A DNA stretch of 64,000 nucleotides, taken from contig MWBW01000010.1 in assembly GCA_002069725.1 (NCBI GenBank), forward strand, positions 1,046 through 65,045, in the 5' to 3' direction. This DNA comes from Firmicutes bacterium ADurb.Bin248 (lineage in GTDB: Bacteria; Bacillota; Clostridia; Christensenellales; CAG-138). The stretch's first letter is position 1. Each line of letters begins with the position of its first letter. The notes beneath the pieces were generated by a model. That model had not been told where the DNA came from. It did no database searches and saw nothing but the letters and a program-made list of their open reading frames with translations. Both the position numbers and the translations under genes were made by a program. This document shows positions 45,056-54,684 of the stretch, one piece after another.

Positions 45056-45543
45056 GGGGAGGCCTCCCCGGCGCGGAGCCGCACATCGAGCGCGCGCATG
45101 GTCCCCTCGAAGGTGTAGGCCGTGAAGGCGTAGCCGCCCTCGATCTCGCGTATGGTGAAATCCGCGAGCTCGGCGATCCTCTGCCCCGCGCCGGGATCGA
45201 AGCGCGCGGCGGCCTCGACGGTCTGCTCCATCAGCGCGCCGTCGAAGAAATAGACCAAAGTCACGCTTTCCCGCTCCTCGTCCCGCAGGCGGAGCACGGG
45301 GAGCCCTTCCGCCTGCTCGATGTCCACGCCGCCAGCGCCGTCGTGCGCGTGGAGCTTGTTGGCGACGTACGAGAGGGACGCGCGCAGGTTGTACCCGTCG
45401 TCCATGCGTCCGGCCACGCGCTCATATACGGCCGCGCCGTAGAGCGCCTGCAGCAGGCTCAGCAAAGCGAATGCCGTGAACAGCAGCAGCATCGCCGCCG
45501 TCGCAGTGATGCCGCGCCCCGCGTCCCGAAGCATGCGCGTCAC
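45052..45543 (-). CDS. Small N-terminally anchored protein (possibly DUF4860-like) of the filament operon
   Basis: 163 aa. MTRMLRDAGRGITATAAMLLLFTAFALLSLL. 4-nt overlaps with both neighbours. Confidence 0.45.
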   Translation of the reverse strand: MTRMLRDAGRGITATAAMLLLFTAFALLSLLQALYGAAVYERVAGRMDDGYNLRASLSYVANKLHAHDGAGGVDIEQAEGLPVLRLRDEERESVTLVYFFDGALMEQTVEAAARFDPGAGQRIAELADFTIREIEGGYAFTAYTFEGTMRALDVRLRAGEASP

Positions 45544-45869
45544 CTCCTCGCGACCCAGATGGTCGGGTAGACGTTCGAGGCGAAGGCCTCGTGGTGGATG
45601 TAATACTTGCTCTGGTCGACCTCGAGGCCGTAGTTTTCAATGAGATAATCGATGCCGGGCGGATAGAAGCCCTCCATGGCGTAGCAGGAAACCACCGCGC
45701 GGTTGACCGCGCGCTCGACGAGCGCAAGCTCCTTTTGCTCCACGCCCAGCCGCGTGCGCTCTATGCCGCGGAGCATCAGCGTCAGGCAGGCCAGGAAAAC
45801 CGCCGCCGTGACGAGAAGCCCGCCCCACCACGGAAAGCCCGCGTTCCGTTTTCCGATGCGCCGCGCCAT
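45540..45869 (-). CDS. Small N-terminally anchored protein of the filament operon
   Basis: 109 aa. MARRIGKRNAGFPWWGGLLVTAAVFLACLTLML. A G-F junction is present but there is no Glu5. Confidence 0.45.
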   Translation of the reverse strand: MARRIGKRNAGFPWWGGLLVTAAVFLACLTLMLRGIERTRLGVEQKELALVERAVNRAVVSCYAMEGFYPPGIDYLIENYGLEVDQSKYYIHHEAFASNVYPTIWVARR

Positions 45870-45879
45870 ACCGCCCCGC

Positions 45880-46923
45880 TCAGCCGATGCCCGCCATGAT
45901 GTCCATCAGCGGCAGCGTCACCGAGAGCAGTATCGCCCCGATGATGAGGCACAGCAGCGCCACGAGCGCGGGCTCTATGACGCCCACGAGCCGGGCGATC
46001 GAGCGGTCGATCTCATCCTCGTAGAGGGCGGCGACCTTGGCGCTCACGCGCTCGAGCGCGCCCGCGCGAAAGCCCACGCCGAGTATGTGCGCGTACATGC
46101 CCGGGAAGAGACCGCTTTCCTCGACGGCTTTGGAAAAGGACGCGCCCTGGGCTATGGCCTCGCGGCAGGCGAGTATCTGCGCGGCCGCCCTGTCGCTGTC
46201 TACGACGAGGGGCAGTTTCGCGAGCGCGTCGTCGAGCGCGTACCCGCTTTCGAGCAGCATCGAGAGCGCGAAGGCGAAACGTCCCGCGGCGATTTTTTCG
46301 GCGAGCCTTCGCGTGAAGCCGAGGCGCGCCAGGCCGCGCATGAGCGCGGCGTAGCCCGAGGCGGAGCGTAGCCTCGCAAAGAGATGGATGCACAGGACGA
46401 GCATCAGCGCCGCGAGCGCGAGCGCGAGGTAGCCCGCGATCTCGCCGAACGACGCGATCTCCGGAGAAACCGCGCCCGCCGCGCCCCCGAGGTCCGCGAA
46501 CACATCCGCGAAAACGGGCAGCACCCGGATGAGCAGCACCGCGATCACGACGATCATGATCGCCACGAGCGCCATCGGGTAGAACACCGCGGATTTGATC
46601 TGGTTTCTGACGGCGTGCTCGCGCTCGTAGTAGAGGCCGAGCGCCTCCATGACCTGCTCGAGCTTGCCCGCGGCTTCGCCCAGATCCACCATGCCCAGCA
46701 TATAATCCGGGAAGGCGTCCGTTGCGCGCATCGCGGGTGCGAGTCCGGCGCCGCCCTGCAAGGCGGTATGGAGCCTCGCGACGACGGGGTCGCCGCTTTC
46801 CTTGGCCATGGCCGCCATGCCGTCGGGCAAAAACATGCCGGTGCGCAGCACCAGCGCAAGCTCCGCGCAAAACGCGGAAAGCTCCTGCGCCGTATAGGGC
46901 CGGACGCCGTTTTTGTTCGCCAT
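45880..46923 (-). CDS. Type II secretion system F-family (PilC/ComGB-like) platform protein
   Basis: 347 aa. Two T2SSF-like halves with conserved TM helices (AVFYPMALVAIMIVVIAVLLIRVLPVF... and ...ALVALLCLIIGAILLSVTLPLMDIM). Confidence 0.8.
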   Translation of the reverse strand: MANKNGVRPYTAQELSAFCAELALVLRTGMFLPDGMAAMAKESGDPVVARLHTALQGGAGLAPAMRATDAFPDYMLGMVDLGEAAGKLEQVMEALGLYYEREHAVRNQIKSAVFYPMALVAIMIVVIAVLLIRVLPVFADVFADLGGAAGAVSPEIASFGEIAGYLALALAALMLVLCIHLFARLRSASGYAALMRGLARLGFTRRLAEKIAAGRFAFALSMLLESGYALDDALAKLPLVVDSDRAAAQILACREAIAQGASFSKAVEESGLFPGMYAHILGVGFRAGALERVSAKVAALYEDEIDRSIARLVGVIEPALVALLCLIIGAILLSVTLPLMDIMAGIG

Positions 46924-46972
46924 ATGCCGCCTCCCTTCGCGGAACGGTCGGTTTACGGTAGGTCTGTTTACT

Positions 46973-47001
46973 ATTCTATAATAACATTCTTCCCCTTACA
47001 A
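46973..47001 (-). promoter_or_regulatory. Candidate sigma-A promoter of the filament operon (TTGTAA-17-TAGAAT)
   Basis: On the minus strand, TTGTAA is at 47001..46996, followed by a 17-nt spacer and TAGAAT at 46978..46973. RBS GAAGGGAGG precedes the ATG at 46923. Confidence 0.45.
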
Positions 47002-47033
47002 GAGATGTTGTGATGTAATGTTTCATTTTTGCC

Positions 47034-47390
47034 TCATCGCACGTTCGCCGTGGCGACGAAGTTCGCACAGGTGCCGCATACGTTCGCAAGTACAACCTCG
47101 CCGATGCGGATCGGCGGCTGCACGGTTACATGGCCGAGCGCCGCGAGCGCGTCGAAAATGAGATCCTTATCGATGGGGCGGTCGGTTTTGACAGGCAGGG
47201 GCTGAGCGCGCCCTTTGACCCGTACGAGCGCCGTCACCATGCGGACCGGGCGCGTGAGCTCCTCGCGCGCGTAGGTTTCGCCGCGCTTGCAGGTGAAGCC
47301 CGTGACGGATGTGATGGTTCCCCCTTCGAGCGTCGCCTTCATGCGGCAGCCCATGGGGCAGTTGATGCAGATGAGTTCCCTCTCCTCCAT
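47034..47390 (-). CDS. DUF1667-domain protein (third subunit of the clostridial glycerol-3-phosphate oxidoreductase-type cluster)
   Basis: 118 aa. MEERELICINCPMGCRMKATLEGG...GFTCKRGETYAREE. Confidence 0.8.
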   Translation of the reverse strand: MEERELICINCPMGCRMKATLEGGTITSVTGFTCKRGETYAREELTRPVRMVTALVRVKGRAQPLPVKTDRPIDKDLIFDALAALGHVTVQPPIRIGEVVLANVCGTCANFVATANVR

Positions 47391-47391
47391 G

Positions 47392-48645
47392 CTATACCTC
47401 TATGCGCACGCGCACAGGCTCGCGCCCCGAGCCGAGCGCGTCCTTTTTGAGCGTGACGCCGACCATTTCGCCCGGCACGAGTATCATTTCCCTTTTGGAA
47501 TAGATTTCGCGCCCGCCCCGCTCGGCGACCACGCGCGCCTTTTTATAGATCCCGCGCGTCCGGAACATCAGCTTCACGTCGCCCTCGATCTGCTCGCCGA
47601 GGAATTGCGGCACGATTCCGCCCACGCCCGAGCCCGCCTCGACCGGCACCGTCCCGCGCGGCCGCGTTTCTCCCGCGGCGTAGCGCGCGGCGGCTTTGCC
47701 CGCGCGCGCGGCTTCCTCGGAGACGAAGTCCACGAGGTCGTGCACGTGCAATACGTTCCCGCAGGAGAACACGCCGGGCACCGCGGTCTGAAGGTTCTCG
47801 TCCACCTCAGCGCCGCCCGTCGCGGGGGACAGCCGCACGCCCGCCGTCGAACTGAGTTCGTTTTCCGGCAGCAAGCCTACGGAAAGAAGCAGCGTGTCGC
47901 ACGCAAGCTCCCGCTCCGTGCCGGGAATGGGAGAAAGCGTTTCGTCGACCGCCGCGACGCTCACGCCCTCGAGCCGCTCGCGGCCCTTGATGTCCACGAC
48001 CGTGTGCGAGAGCAGGAGCGGTATGCCGAAATCGTCGAGGCACTGAACGATGTTGCGCGTAAGCCCCGCCGAGTAGGGCATCAGCTCCACGCAGGCGAGC
48101 ACCCGCGCGCCCATGAAGGTCATGCGCCGCGCCATGATGAGGCCGATGTCGCCTGAGCCGAGTATGACCACGCGCTTCCCGGGCATGAGTCCTTTCATGT
48201 TGACGAGTTTTTGCGCGTTGCCCGCCGTGTAAACGCCCGCGCAGCGGCTGCCCGGCGTCGCGAGCGCGCCGCGCGGCCGCTCCCGGCAGCCCATCGCGAG
48301 CACGACCGCGCCCGCGCGGACGGTTTCGAGCCCGCGCGCCCGGCTCACGATCGTGGCGACTCTGCCGCCCGTAAGATCGATCGCCATCGTCCCGCATGCG
48401 ACCTCGACACCCGCGGCGAAAGCCTTTTCGATATACCGCTCCGCGTACTCGGTACCGGTCAGCTCCTCGCCGAACGCCTGCAGGCCGAAGCCGTTGTGTA
48501 TGCACTGCTTGAGTATGCCTCCGGGCGCGTCCTCGCGATCCACGACGAGCACGCGCGCGCACCCCGCCTCTTTCGCGGCGATGCCCGCGGCGAGCCCCGC
48601 CGGGCCGCCGCCGATGACGAGCACGCCGACCTCCCTCTCCCTCAT
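47392..48645 (-). CDS. NAD(P)/FAD-dependent pyridine-nucleotide-disulfide-type oxidoreductase
   Basis: Start at ATG 48645 (MREREVGVLVIGGGPAGLAAGIAAKE). A second dinucleotide fold, VVILGSGDIGLIMARR. ATGA overlap with the upstream gene. Confidence 0.8.
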   Translation of the reverse strand: MREREVGVLVIGGGPAGLAAGIAAKEAGCARVLVVDREDAPGGILKQCIHNGFGLQAFGEELTGTEYAERYIEKAFAAGVEVACGTMAIDLTGGRVATIVSRARGLETVRAGAVVLAMGCRERPRGALATPGSRCAGVYTAGNAQKLVNMKGLMPGKRVVILGSGDIGLIMARRMTFMGARVLACVELMPYSAGLTRNIVQCLDDFGIPLLLSHTVVDIKGRERLEGVSVAAVDETLSPIPGTERELACDTLLLSVGLLPENELSSTAGVRLSPATGGAEVDENLQTAVPGVFSCGNVLHVHDLVDFVSEEAARAGKAAARYAAGETRPRGTVPVEAGSGVGGIVPQFLGEQIEGDVKLMFRTRGIYKKARVVAERGGREIYSKREMILVPGEMVGVTLKKDALGSGREPVRVRIEV

Positions 48646-50102
48646 GCGCGCCCGCCCTCCTCCTCGCCGAATATGCGCCCGCTCACGAGGTATGAGCCGC
48701 CGCCCGATTTCGTGATTTCCGTTTCCGGCACGCCCAGTTCCTCCGCGAGTATCTCCATGACCCGCGTGAGGCAGAAGCCGCTCTGGCAGCGCCCCATGCC
48801 CGCCCGCGCGCGGAACTTGACCCCGTCCACGCTGCGCGCGCCGACCGGCCTTCGGATGCATTCGCGTATTTCCGCTTCGCTCACGTTCTCGCAGCGGCAG
48901 ACGATTTTGGCGTAATCCGGGTTTTTCGCGATGGCCGCCGCGCGCTCGTCCGCGTCCATCGTGCGAAACGCGGGTATGGCTTTTCGCACCGGGTCGAACG
49001 CGGGGTTTTCCGCCGCGCGAAGCCGCTGCGCGACGCTCTCGGCGAGGTATACCGCGATCGCGGGCGCGGCAGTGAGCCCCGGCGACTCGATGCCCGCCGC
49101 GTTGAAAAAGAGCGGCGCGTCCCCGGGTTCGCCGAGCACGAAATCATCCTTATCGCAGTGCGCGCGTATGCCCGAAAACGTCGTGATGAAGCCGCGGCGC
49201 GGGATATCCTCCCAGGTGAGCGCGGCGCGCTCGAGCACTTTCGCGAGGCCCCCGGCCGTGGTGGACTTATCCTCCCGGTCGGGAATATCCTCGGCCGTCG
49301 GGCCGAGCAATATCGTATCCTCCACCGTGCGCGCGACGAGCACGCCCTTGCCCATGGCGGTCGGAAGCTGAAAGATCGCGCTTTTGAACAGCTTTCCGTA
49401 GCTCTTGTCGACGATGTGGTATTCGCCGCGGCGCGGCGTGATGCCGATCCTCTCCGCGCTCACGCGGTTGTTGATTTCGTCCGCATGGACGCCCGCGCAG
49501 TTGACCACGGCGCGCGCGGCGCACTCCCGCCCGCCCGCGCGCACGAGATAGCCGCCCCTGCCGTCGCGCCGCACATCCGTAACGGGCGCTTCGCGGAAGA
49601 CCGCCGCGCCGTTTTTAACGGCGTTCTCGGCATAGGCGAAGGTCAGCTCGTACGGGCTGACGATGCCGCCCGAGGGCGCAAACAGCGCGGCGACCGCCTT
49701 CGCGCTCACGTTCGGCTCCAGGTTGCGCAGTTCCTCCGCGCGGATCACGCGGAGCCCTTTTACGCCGTTGGCCACGCCGCGCCAGACGAGCTTCTCGAGC
49801 TCCGGGATGCCCTCGTCCGAAAACGCGAGCACGATTGAGCCGTTGCGCTCGAAGTGCACGTCCAACTCCCGCGCGAGCGTATCGAACATGGCGTTGCCGA
49901 TGACGTTGAAGCGCGCCTTGTCGGTGCCGGGCTTGGCGTCGAAGCCCGCGTGGACGATGGCGGTGTTGGCCTTGCTCTGGCCGGAGCAGATGTCCGGCGC
50001 GCCTTCGAAAAGCGCGACGCGAAGCTTATAGCGCGTCAGCTCCCTTGCCGTGGCGCAGCCCACCACGCCGCCGCCGATGATTACGACATCGTATTTCTGC
50101 AT
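48642..50102 (-). CDS. FAD-dependent glycerol-3-phosphate dehydrogenase/oxidase-like protein with C-terminal BFD-like [2Fe-2S] motif
   Basis: Start at ATG 50102 (MQKYDVVIIGGGVVGCATAREL). C-terminal IVCRCENVSEAEIRECI...GMGRCQSGFC. Confidence 0.8.
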   Translation of the reverse strand: MQKYDVVIIGGGVVGCATARELTRYKLRVALFEGAPDICSGQSKANTAIVHAGFDAKPGTDKARFNVIGNAMFDTLARELDVHFERNGSIVLAFSDEGIPELEKLVWRGVANGVKGLRVIRAEELRNLEPNVSAKAVAALFAPSGGIVSPYELTFAYAENAVKNGAAVFREAPVTDVRRDGRGGYLVRAGGRECAARAVVNCAGVHADEINNRVSAERIGITPRRGEYHIVDKSYGKLFKSAIFQLPTAMGKGVLVARTVEDTILLGPTAEDIPDREDKSTTAGGLAKVLERAALTWEDIPRRGFITTFSGIRAHCDKDDFVLGEPGDAPLFFNAAGIESPGLTAAPAIAVYLAESVAQRLRAAENPAFDPVRKAIPAFRTMDADERAAAIAKNPDYAKIVCRCENVSEAEIRECIRRPVGARSVDGVKFRARAGMGRCQSGFCLTRVMEILAEELGVPETEITKSGGGSYLVSGRIFGEEEGGRA

Positions 50103-50118
50103 CCAAAAGTTCCCCTTT

Positions 50119-50192
50119 GGGCAATTGACAATTGACAATTGACAATTGACAATTAAATTTATCCGCAGGGGCCGATTCCATATCGGCCCGCG
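50119..50192 (+). repeat. Heptad block C (5 x CAATTGA) plus a different hairpin, between glpK and the GlpA-like gene
   Basis: GGGCAATTGACAATTGACAATTGACAATTGACAATTAAATTTATCCGCAGGGGCCGAT-TCCAT-ATCGGCCC. The heptads are antisense relative to the operon. Confidence 0.85.
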
Positions 50193-50197
50193 CCGTC

Positions 50198-51691
50198 TTA
50201 TTCCTCGCCCCACGCCCGCGCCGAGCGGACCGCCTTCTTCCATCCAGCGAGCTTCTCCGCGCGCGCGGCCTCGTCCATGTTCGGCTCGAACCGGTCCGGT
50301 TCGGGCACGCGGCGGCCAAGCTCCTCGCGGTCCTTCCAGAAGCCGCAGGCGAGCCCCGCGAGGTACGCGGCGCCCAGCGCGGTCGTCTCGACGCATTGCG
50401 GGCGCAGCACCGGCGCGTCGATGACGTCCGCCTGGAACTGCATGAGCAAATCGTTCGCGCTCGCGCCGCCGTCGGCCTTGAGCGCGGCGAGGCGTATGCC
50501 CGAATCCTCCTGCATGGCGCGCAGCACGTCGCTGGTCTGATACGCGAGGGATTCGAGCGTCGCGCGCACGATGTGGCTTTTGTTGACGCCGCGCGTGACG
50601 CCCACGATCGCCCCGCGCGCGTAGGGGTCCCAGTACGGCGCGCCGAGGCCGACGAACGCGGGCACGACGTAGCAGCCGTTCGTGTCCGGAACCTCGCGGG
50701 CGAGCTTCTCGCTCTCGGCGGCGGAGGAGATCAGGCGCACCTCGTCGCGCAGCCACTGTATGGCCGCGCCCGCGATGAAAACCGAGCCCTCGAGCGCGTA
50801 CTCGACCTTTCCCGCGTAGCCCCACGCGATGGTCGTGATCAGGCCGTTCGCGCTCGCGACCGGCGCGCCGCCCGTGTTCATCAGCAGGAAGCACCCCGTG
50901 CCGTAGGTGTTCTTCGCCTCGCCCGGCGAAAAGCACCTCTGCCCGAACAGCGCCGCCTGCTGGTCGCCCGCCGCGCCGCAGATGGGGATGGCCGCGCCGA
51001 AATGCGCGGGGTCTGTTTGGGCGAAGACATGGCTCGAGGGAAGCGCTTTGGGCAACATTTCCCGGGGAATGTCGAACTCCGCGAGGATCTCGTCGTCCCA
51101 GTCGAGCGTGTGGATGTTGAACAGCAGCGTGCGCGAGGCGTTGGAGTAGTCCGTCACGTGCGCGCGGCCGCCCGTGAGTTTATAGATGAGCCATGTGTCC
51201 ACCGTGCCGAACAGAAGCTCGCCGCGCTTCGCGCGCGCTCTCGCGTCGGGAACGTTGTCGAGTATCCACTTGAGCTTGGTGCCGGAAAAATACGCGTCGA
51301 TCATCAGGCCGGTCTTGTCGCGGAACCATTCCGCGAGGCCGCGCGCCTTGAGCGAATCGCAATATTTGGCCGTGCGGCGGCACTGCCAGACGATGGCGCG
51401 GCACACAGGCTCGCCCGTGCGCTTATCCCACACGACGGTCGTTTCGCGCTGATTCGCGATGCCGATGGCCGCGATGTCCCCGGCGGCCGCGTCCACGCGC
51501 GCCATGGCCTCGCGCGCCGCGCCAAGCTGAGCCGCCCAGATTCCCATCGCGTCGTGCTCGACCCAGCCGGGCCGCGGGTAGATCTGCGGGAACTCGTTCT
51601 GCGCGCTGCTTTCGACATGGCCGTTCGCGTTGAAGAGCATCGCACGGCTGCTGGTCGTGCTCGCGTCCAAAGCCATGACGTATTTCGCCAT
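50198..51691 (-). CDS. glpK: Glycerol kinase
   Basis: Start at ATG 51691 ([21 protein letters not shown]...[17 protein letters not shown]). RETTVVWDK and [11 protein letters not shown] motifs. Confidence 0.95.
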   Translation of the reverse strand: MAKYVMALDASTTSSRAMLFNANGHVESSAQNEFPQIYPRPGWVEHDAMGIWAAQLGAAREAMARVDAAAGDIAAIGIANQRETTVVWDKRTGEPVCRAIVWQCRRTAKYCDSLKARGLAEWFRDKTGLMIDAYFSGTKLKWILDNVPDARARAKRGELLFGTVDTWLIYKLTGGRAHVTDYSNASRTLLFNIHTLDWDDEILAEFDIPREMLPKALPSSHVFAQTDPAHFGAAIPICGAAGDQQAALFGQRCFSPGEAKNTYGTGCFLLMNTGGAPVASANGLITTIAWGYAGKVEYALEGSVFIAGAAIQWLRDEVRLISSAAESEKLAREVPDTNGCYVVPAFVGLGAPYWDPYARGAIVGVTRGVNKSHIVRATLESLAYQTSDVLRAMQEDSGIRLAALKADGGASANDLLMQFQADVIDAPVLRPQCVETTALGAAYLAGLACGFWKDREELGRRVPEPDRFEPNMDEAARAEKLAGWKKAVRSARAWGEE

Positions 51692-51780
51692 AAAACCCTC
51701 CGATATCGGGCGGATATAGAATCCGCCCCTGCTGCGCCCGTCGGAATCCGTCCTGCGAAATCCCGTCGCGGCGCGGTTTT

Positions 51781-52130
51781 TAATTGTCAATGATCCCGTC
51801 CCGCCCGCGGCGGCGTTCTTTGATTGTCAATTATCAATTGTCAATTGTCAATTATCAATTATCAATGATCCCATCCCGCCCGCAGGCGGCGTTCCCCGAT
51901 TGTCAATTGTCAATTATCAATTATCAATTATCCCATCCCGCCCGCGGCGGCGTTCCCCGATTGTCAATTGTCAATTATCAATTATCAATTATCCCGTCCC
52001 GCCCGCGGCGGCGTTCCCCGATTGTCAATTGTCAATTGTCAATTATCAATTATCAATTATCCCATCCCGCCCGCAGGCGGCGTTCCCCGATTGTCAATTG
52101 TCAATTGTCAATTGTCAATTATCAATTGCC
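51781..52130 (-). repeat. Heptad-array + GC-hairpin composite repeat, array D (5 units; largest)
   Basis: Five CCC(G/A)TCCCGCCCGC(A)GGCGGCGTTC hairpin cores centred near 51808, 51883, 51945, 52006 and 52074 (spacings 75, 62, 61, 68 bp). They are separated by CAATTGT/CAATTAT heptad runs. This is the reverse complement of arrays A and B, so it is co-oriented with glgA. Confidence 0.92.
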
Positions 52131-53574
52131 CATACAGCTCCTCGTAGTCCTTTGCGCGTTCGTCCCACGAGAAGTTCTCCCGCATCGCGCGCGCGACGAG
52201 CCGCGCCCAGAGCGCGGGGTCGTCGCAAAAGTAATCGACGGCGCGCTGCACGGTGTAGAGAAGCTCGTGCGCGTTGTAGTTCAGGAACGAGAAACCCGTG
52301 CCCGTATCCTCGTATCGATTATAGGATTTGACGCTGTCCCTGAGGCCGCCGGTTTCGCGCACGACCGGGATCGTGCCGTAGCGCATGGCGATCATCTGCG
52401 CGAGGCCGCAGGGTTCGAACAGCGAGGGCATCAGGAACAGGTCCGCGCCCGCGTAGATGCGCCGCGCGAGGCCCTCGTTGTATTCGATGCGCGCGGCGGC
52501 GCGCCCGGGGAAGCGCTTCTGCACCCAGTTGAAGAAGCCCTCGTAATGCGCCTCCCCCGTGCCGAGCACGGCGAGCTGCACGGGCTTTTCCATCATTTCG
52601 AACAGCACGCGCTCGACGAGGTCGAAGCCCTTCTGCGAGGTCAGGCGGGAAACGATGGCGAGGATGGGCGCGCCCGGGTCTTCCCCGAGTCCGAGCTCCT
52701 TTTGAAGCGCGGCCTTGCATAGAGCCTTTCCCGCCATGTCGTCGACGGAAAAGTTCGCGGGAAGCGCCTTGTCCACCGCGGGATCGAACTCCCTGGTGTC
52801 GATGCCGTTGAGTATGCCCGTGAGCCTGCCCGCGCGCGCGCGCAGGATGCCGTCGAGCGTTTCGCCGAAGAAGCTGGTCTGTATCTCCGAGGCGTAGGTC
52901 GGGCTCACGGTATTGATGGCGTCGGCAAAGGCGAGGCCGCCCTTCATGTAGCTGACGCACCCGCAGTATTCAAGCGCGTTGGGGTCGAACGCGATGGGGC
53001 CGAGGGTGAGCAGCTCGTCCGTGAAGCCGCGGTCGAACACGCCCTGGAAGCGCAGGTTGTGGATCGTGAAAAGCGACCTGACCCGCGCGTATTCGGGTAT
53101 GTGCGCGTACTGCGTCTTGAGGAGCGCCGCGGCCATGCCCGTCTGCCAGTCGTTGAGGTGCAATACGTCGGGATAGAAATCGAGCCGCGCCATGAGTTCG
53201 ACGAGCGCCTTTGAGAAAAAGCCGAAGCGCTCGGCCTCGTCGCAGTTGAACACGCCGTAGATGTTGTCCCGTCCGAAGTAGAACTCGTTGTCCACGAAAT
53301 AGTAGGCGACGCCGTCGCGCGCCATGCCCTCCACGCCGAGGAACTGCTCGCGCCAGCCCAGGCGGATGTTGCCGTCGTAGAGGTGGACGAGCTCCTCGCC
53401 GTACGCGCGGCGGATCTGCTTATACAAAGGCAGCGCGACGCGCACGTCGTAGCCGCGCCTTGCGAGCGCTGCGGGCAGCGCGCCCGCGACATCCGCGAGG
53501 CCGCCGGTTTTGACGAAGGGCGCGCACTCGCTGGCTGCGAAGAGTATGCTCGGCTTTTTCGCGGTTTGGCTCAT
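52108..53574 (-). CDS. glgA: Glycogen synthase (ADP-glucose type)
   Basis: 488 aa. ILFAASECAPFVKTGGLADVAGALP N-terminus and EPCGLAQMIAMRYGTIPVVRETGGLRDS. The last codons (..GQLIIDN*) and the TGA lie inside the heptad repeat. Confidence 0.95.
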   Translation of the reverse strand: MSQTAKKPSILFAASECAPFVKTGGLADVAGALPAALARRGYDVRVALPLYKQIRRAYGEELVHLYDGNIRLGWREQFLGVEGMARDGVAYYFVDNEFYFGRDNIYGVFNCDEAERFGFFSKALVELMARLDFYPDVLHLNDWQTGMAAALLKTQYAHIPEYARVRSLFTIHNLRFQGVFDRGFTDELLTLGPIAFDPNALEYCGCVSYMKGGLAFADAINTVSPTYASEIQTSFFGETLDGILRARAGRLTGILNGIDTREFDPAVDKALPANFSVDDMAGKALCKAALQKELGLGEDPGAPILAIVSRLTSQKGFDLVERVLFEMMEKPVQLAVLGTGEAHYEGFFNWVQKRFPGRAAARIEYNEGLARRIYAGADLFLMPSLFEPCGLAQMIAMRYGTIPVVRETGGLRDSVKSYNRYEDTGTGFSFLNYNAHELLYTVQRAVDYFCDDPALWARLVARAMRENFSWDERAKDYEELYGQLIIDN

Positions 53575-54684
53575 ATGGTGCTGCCCTTTCGGATGATGAC
53601 GGGGAAGCTCTCGTACCCCGCGAGCCTGCGCCCCGCGCGCACGGTCACGCCCTTGTCGAGTATCACATGCTCGAGCGAGCAGTTTTCACGCACGTCGCTC
53701 GCCTGCATGAGTATGCAATCCTTTAGGATGCTGCCCACGCCGATGTGCACGCCGCGAAAGAGCACGCAGTTCTCTATGCTGCCCTCGACGATGCATCCGT
53801 CCGCCACGAGCGAATTCGCGACATGCGCGTCCGGCCCGTAGGTCGCGGGCGCCTCGTCCTTGACCTTGGTGTAGATCGGGTGCTGCGGGTTGAACAGGTC
53901 GCTTCGCACGCCCCGGTCGAGCACGGCCATGTTGTGCTTGAAATAGCTCGAGAGCGAATTCATGCGCGCGACGTAGCCGTCGTAGCGGTAGCCGTAGAGC
54001 TTGAGCGTCGAAACGTTCTTGACGAGTACGTCGCGCACGAAGTCGGTCAGCGCGTGCGAGGCCGCTTCCTCGACGAGGTATTCGAGCAGCGTCTTTTCCA
54101 TGATGTACAGATCGCAGCTCTGGCTCGGCGTCATGGGGCGGTAGGGGTCGATTTGCAAATCGTAGACGCGGCCCTTCTCGTCGAGCATCAGCCGCAGGTC
54201 GTCATACTGGTCGTCCCGGTCGAAGGCGGTCACGTCGTTGTAGAGTATGGTGATGTCCGCGCAGGTTTTGATGTGCTGCGCGAGCATATCCGAATAGGTC
54301 GTGTTGTAGATGGTATGGCTGCCCGTAAGCAGCACATAGCGCTGGCTGCTTCGCCGCACGTAGCCCAATACGGAGCGGATGGCGTCCACCGTGCCGTTGT
54401 AGATGCCCGTGTTGTCGCGCGTGACAAAAGGCGGCAGTATGAACAGGCCGTCGCGCTTCCTGTGCAGATCCCATTCCTTGCCCGAACCGAGATGGTCCAT
54501 GAGCGAGTGGTAGTTTTTCTGCGTGATGACGCCTACGTTGGAGATGCCCGTGTTGACGAGATTGCTCAGGATGAAGTCGATGCAGCGATAGCGCCCCGCG
54601 AAGGGCACCGCCGCGACCGAGCGCGAATAGGTCAATTCCCGAAGCTGGAGGTTGGCTTCCCCCGTATAGATGAGGCCAAATGCG

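Noticed and set aside
51781-52130. Regularly spaced hairpin repeats that superficially resemble a CRISPR array
   Set aside because: The would-be spacers are low-complexity heptad runs rather than unique sequences. Unit lengths (61-75 bp overall) and a 16-20-bp repeat core do not fit CRISPR. There are no cas genes in the window, and the same module occurs as 2-3-unit arrays elsewhere.
51784-52722. 312-aa plus-strand ORF (and 51900..52331) translating the array as IVNYQLS... peptides
   Set aside because: Unit spacings are not multiples of 3, so the peptide repeat drifts between frames. The ORF then continues antisense into glgA. It is non-coding.
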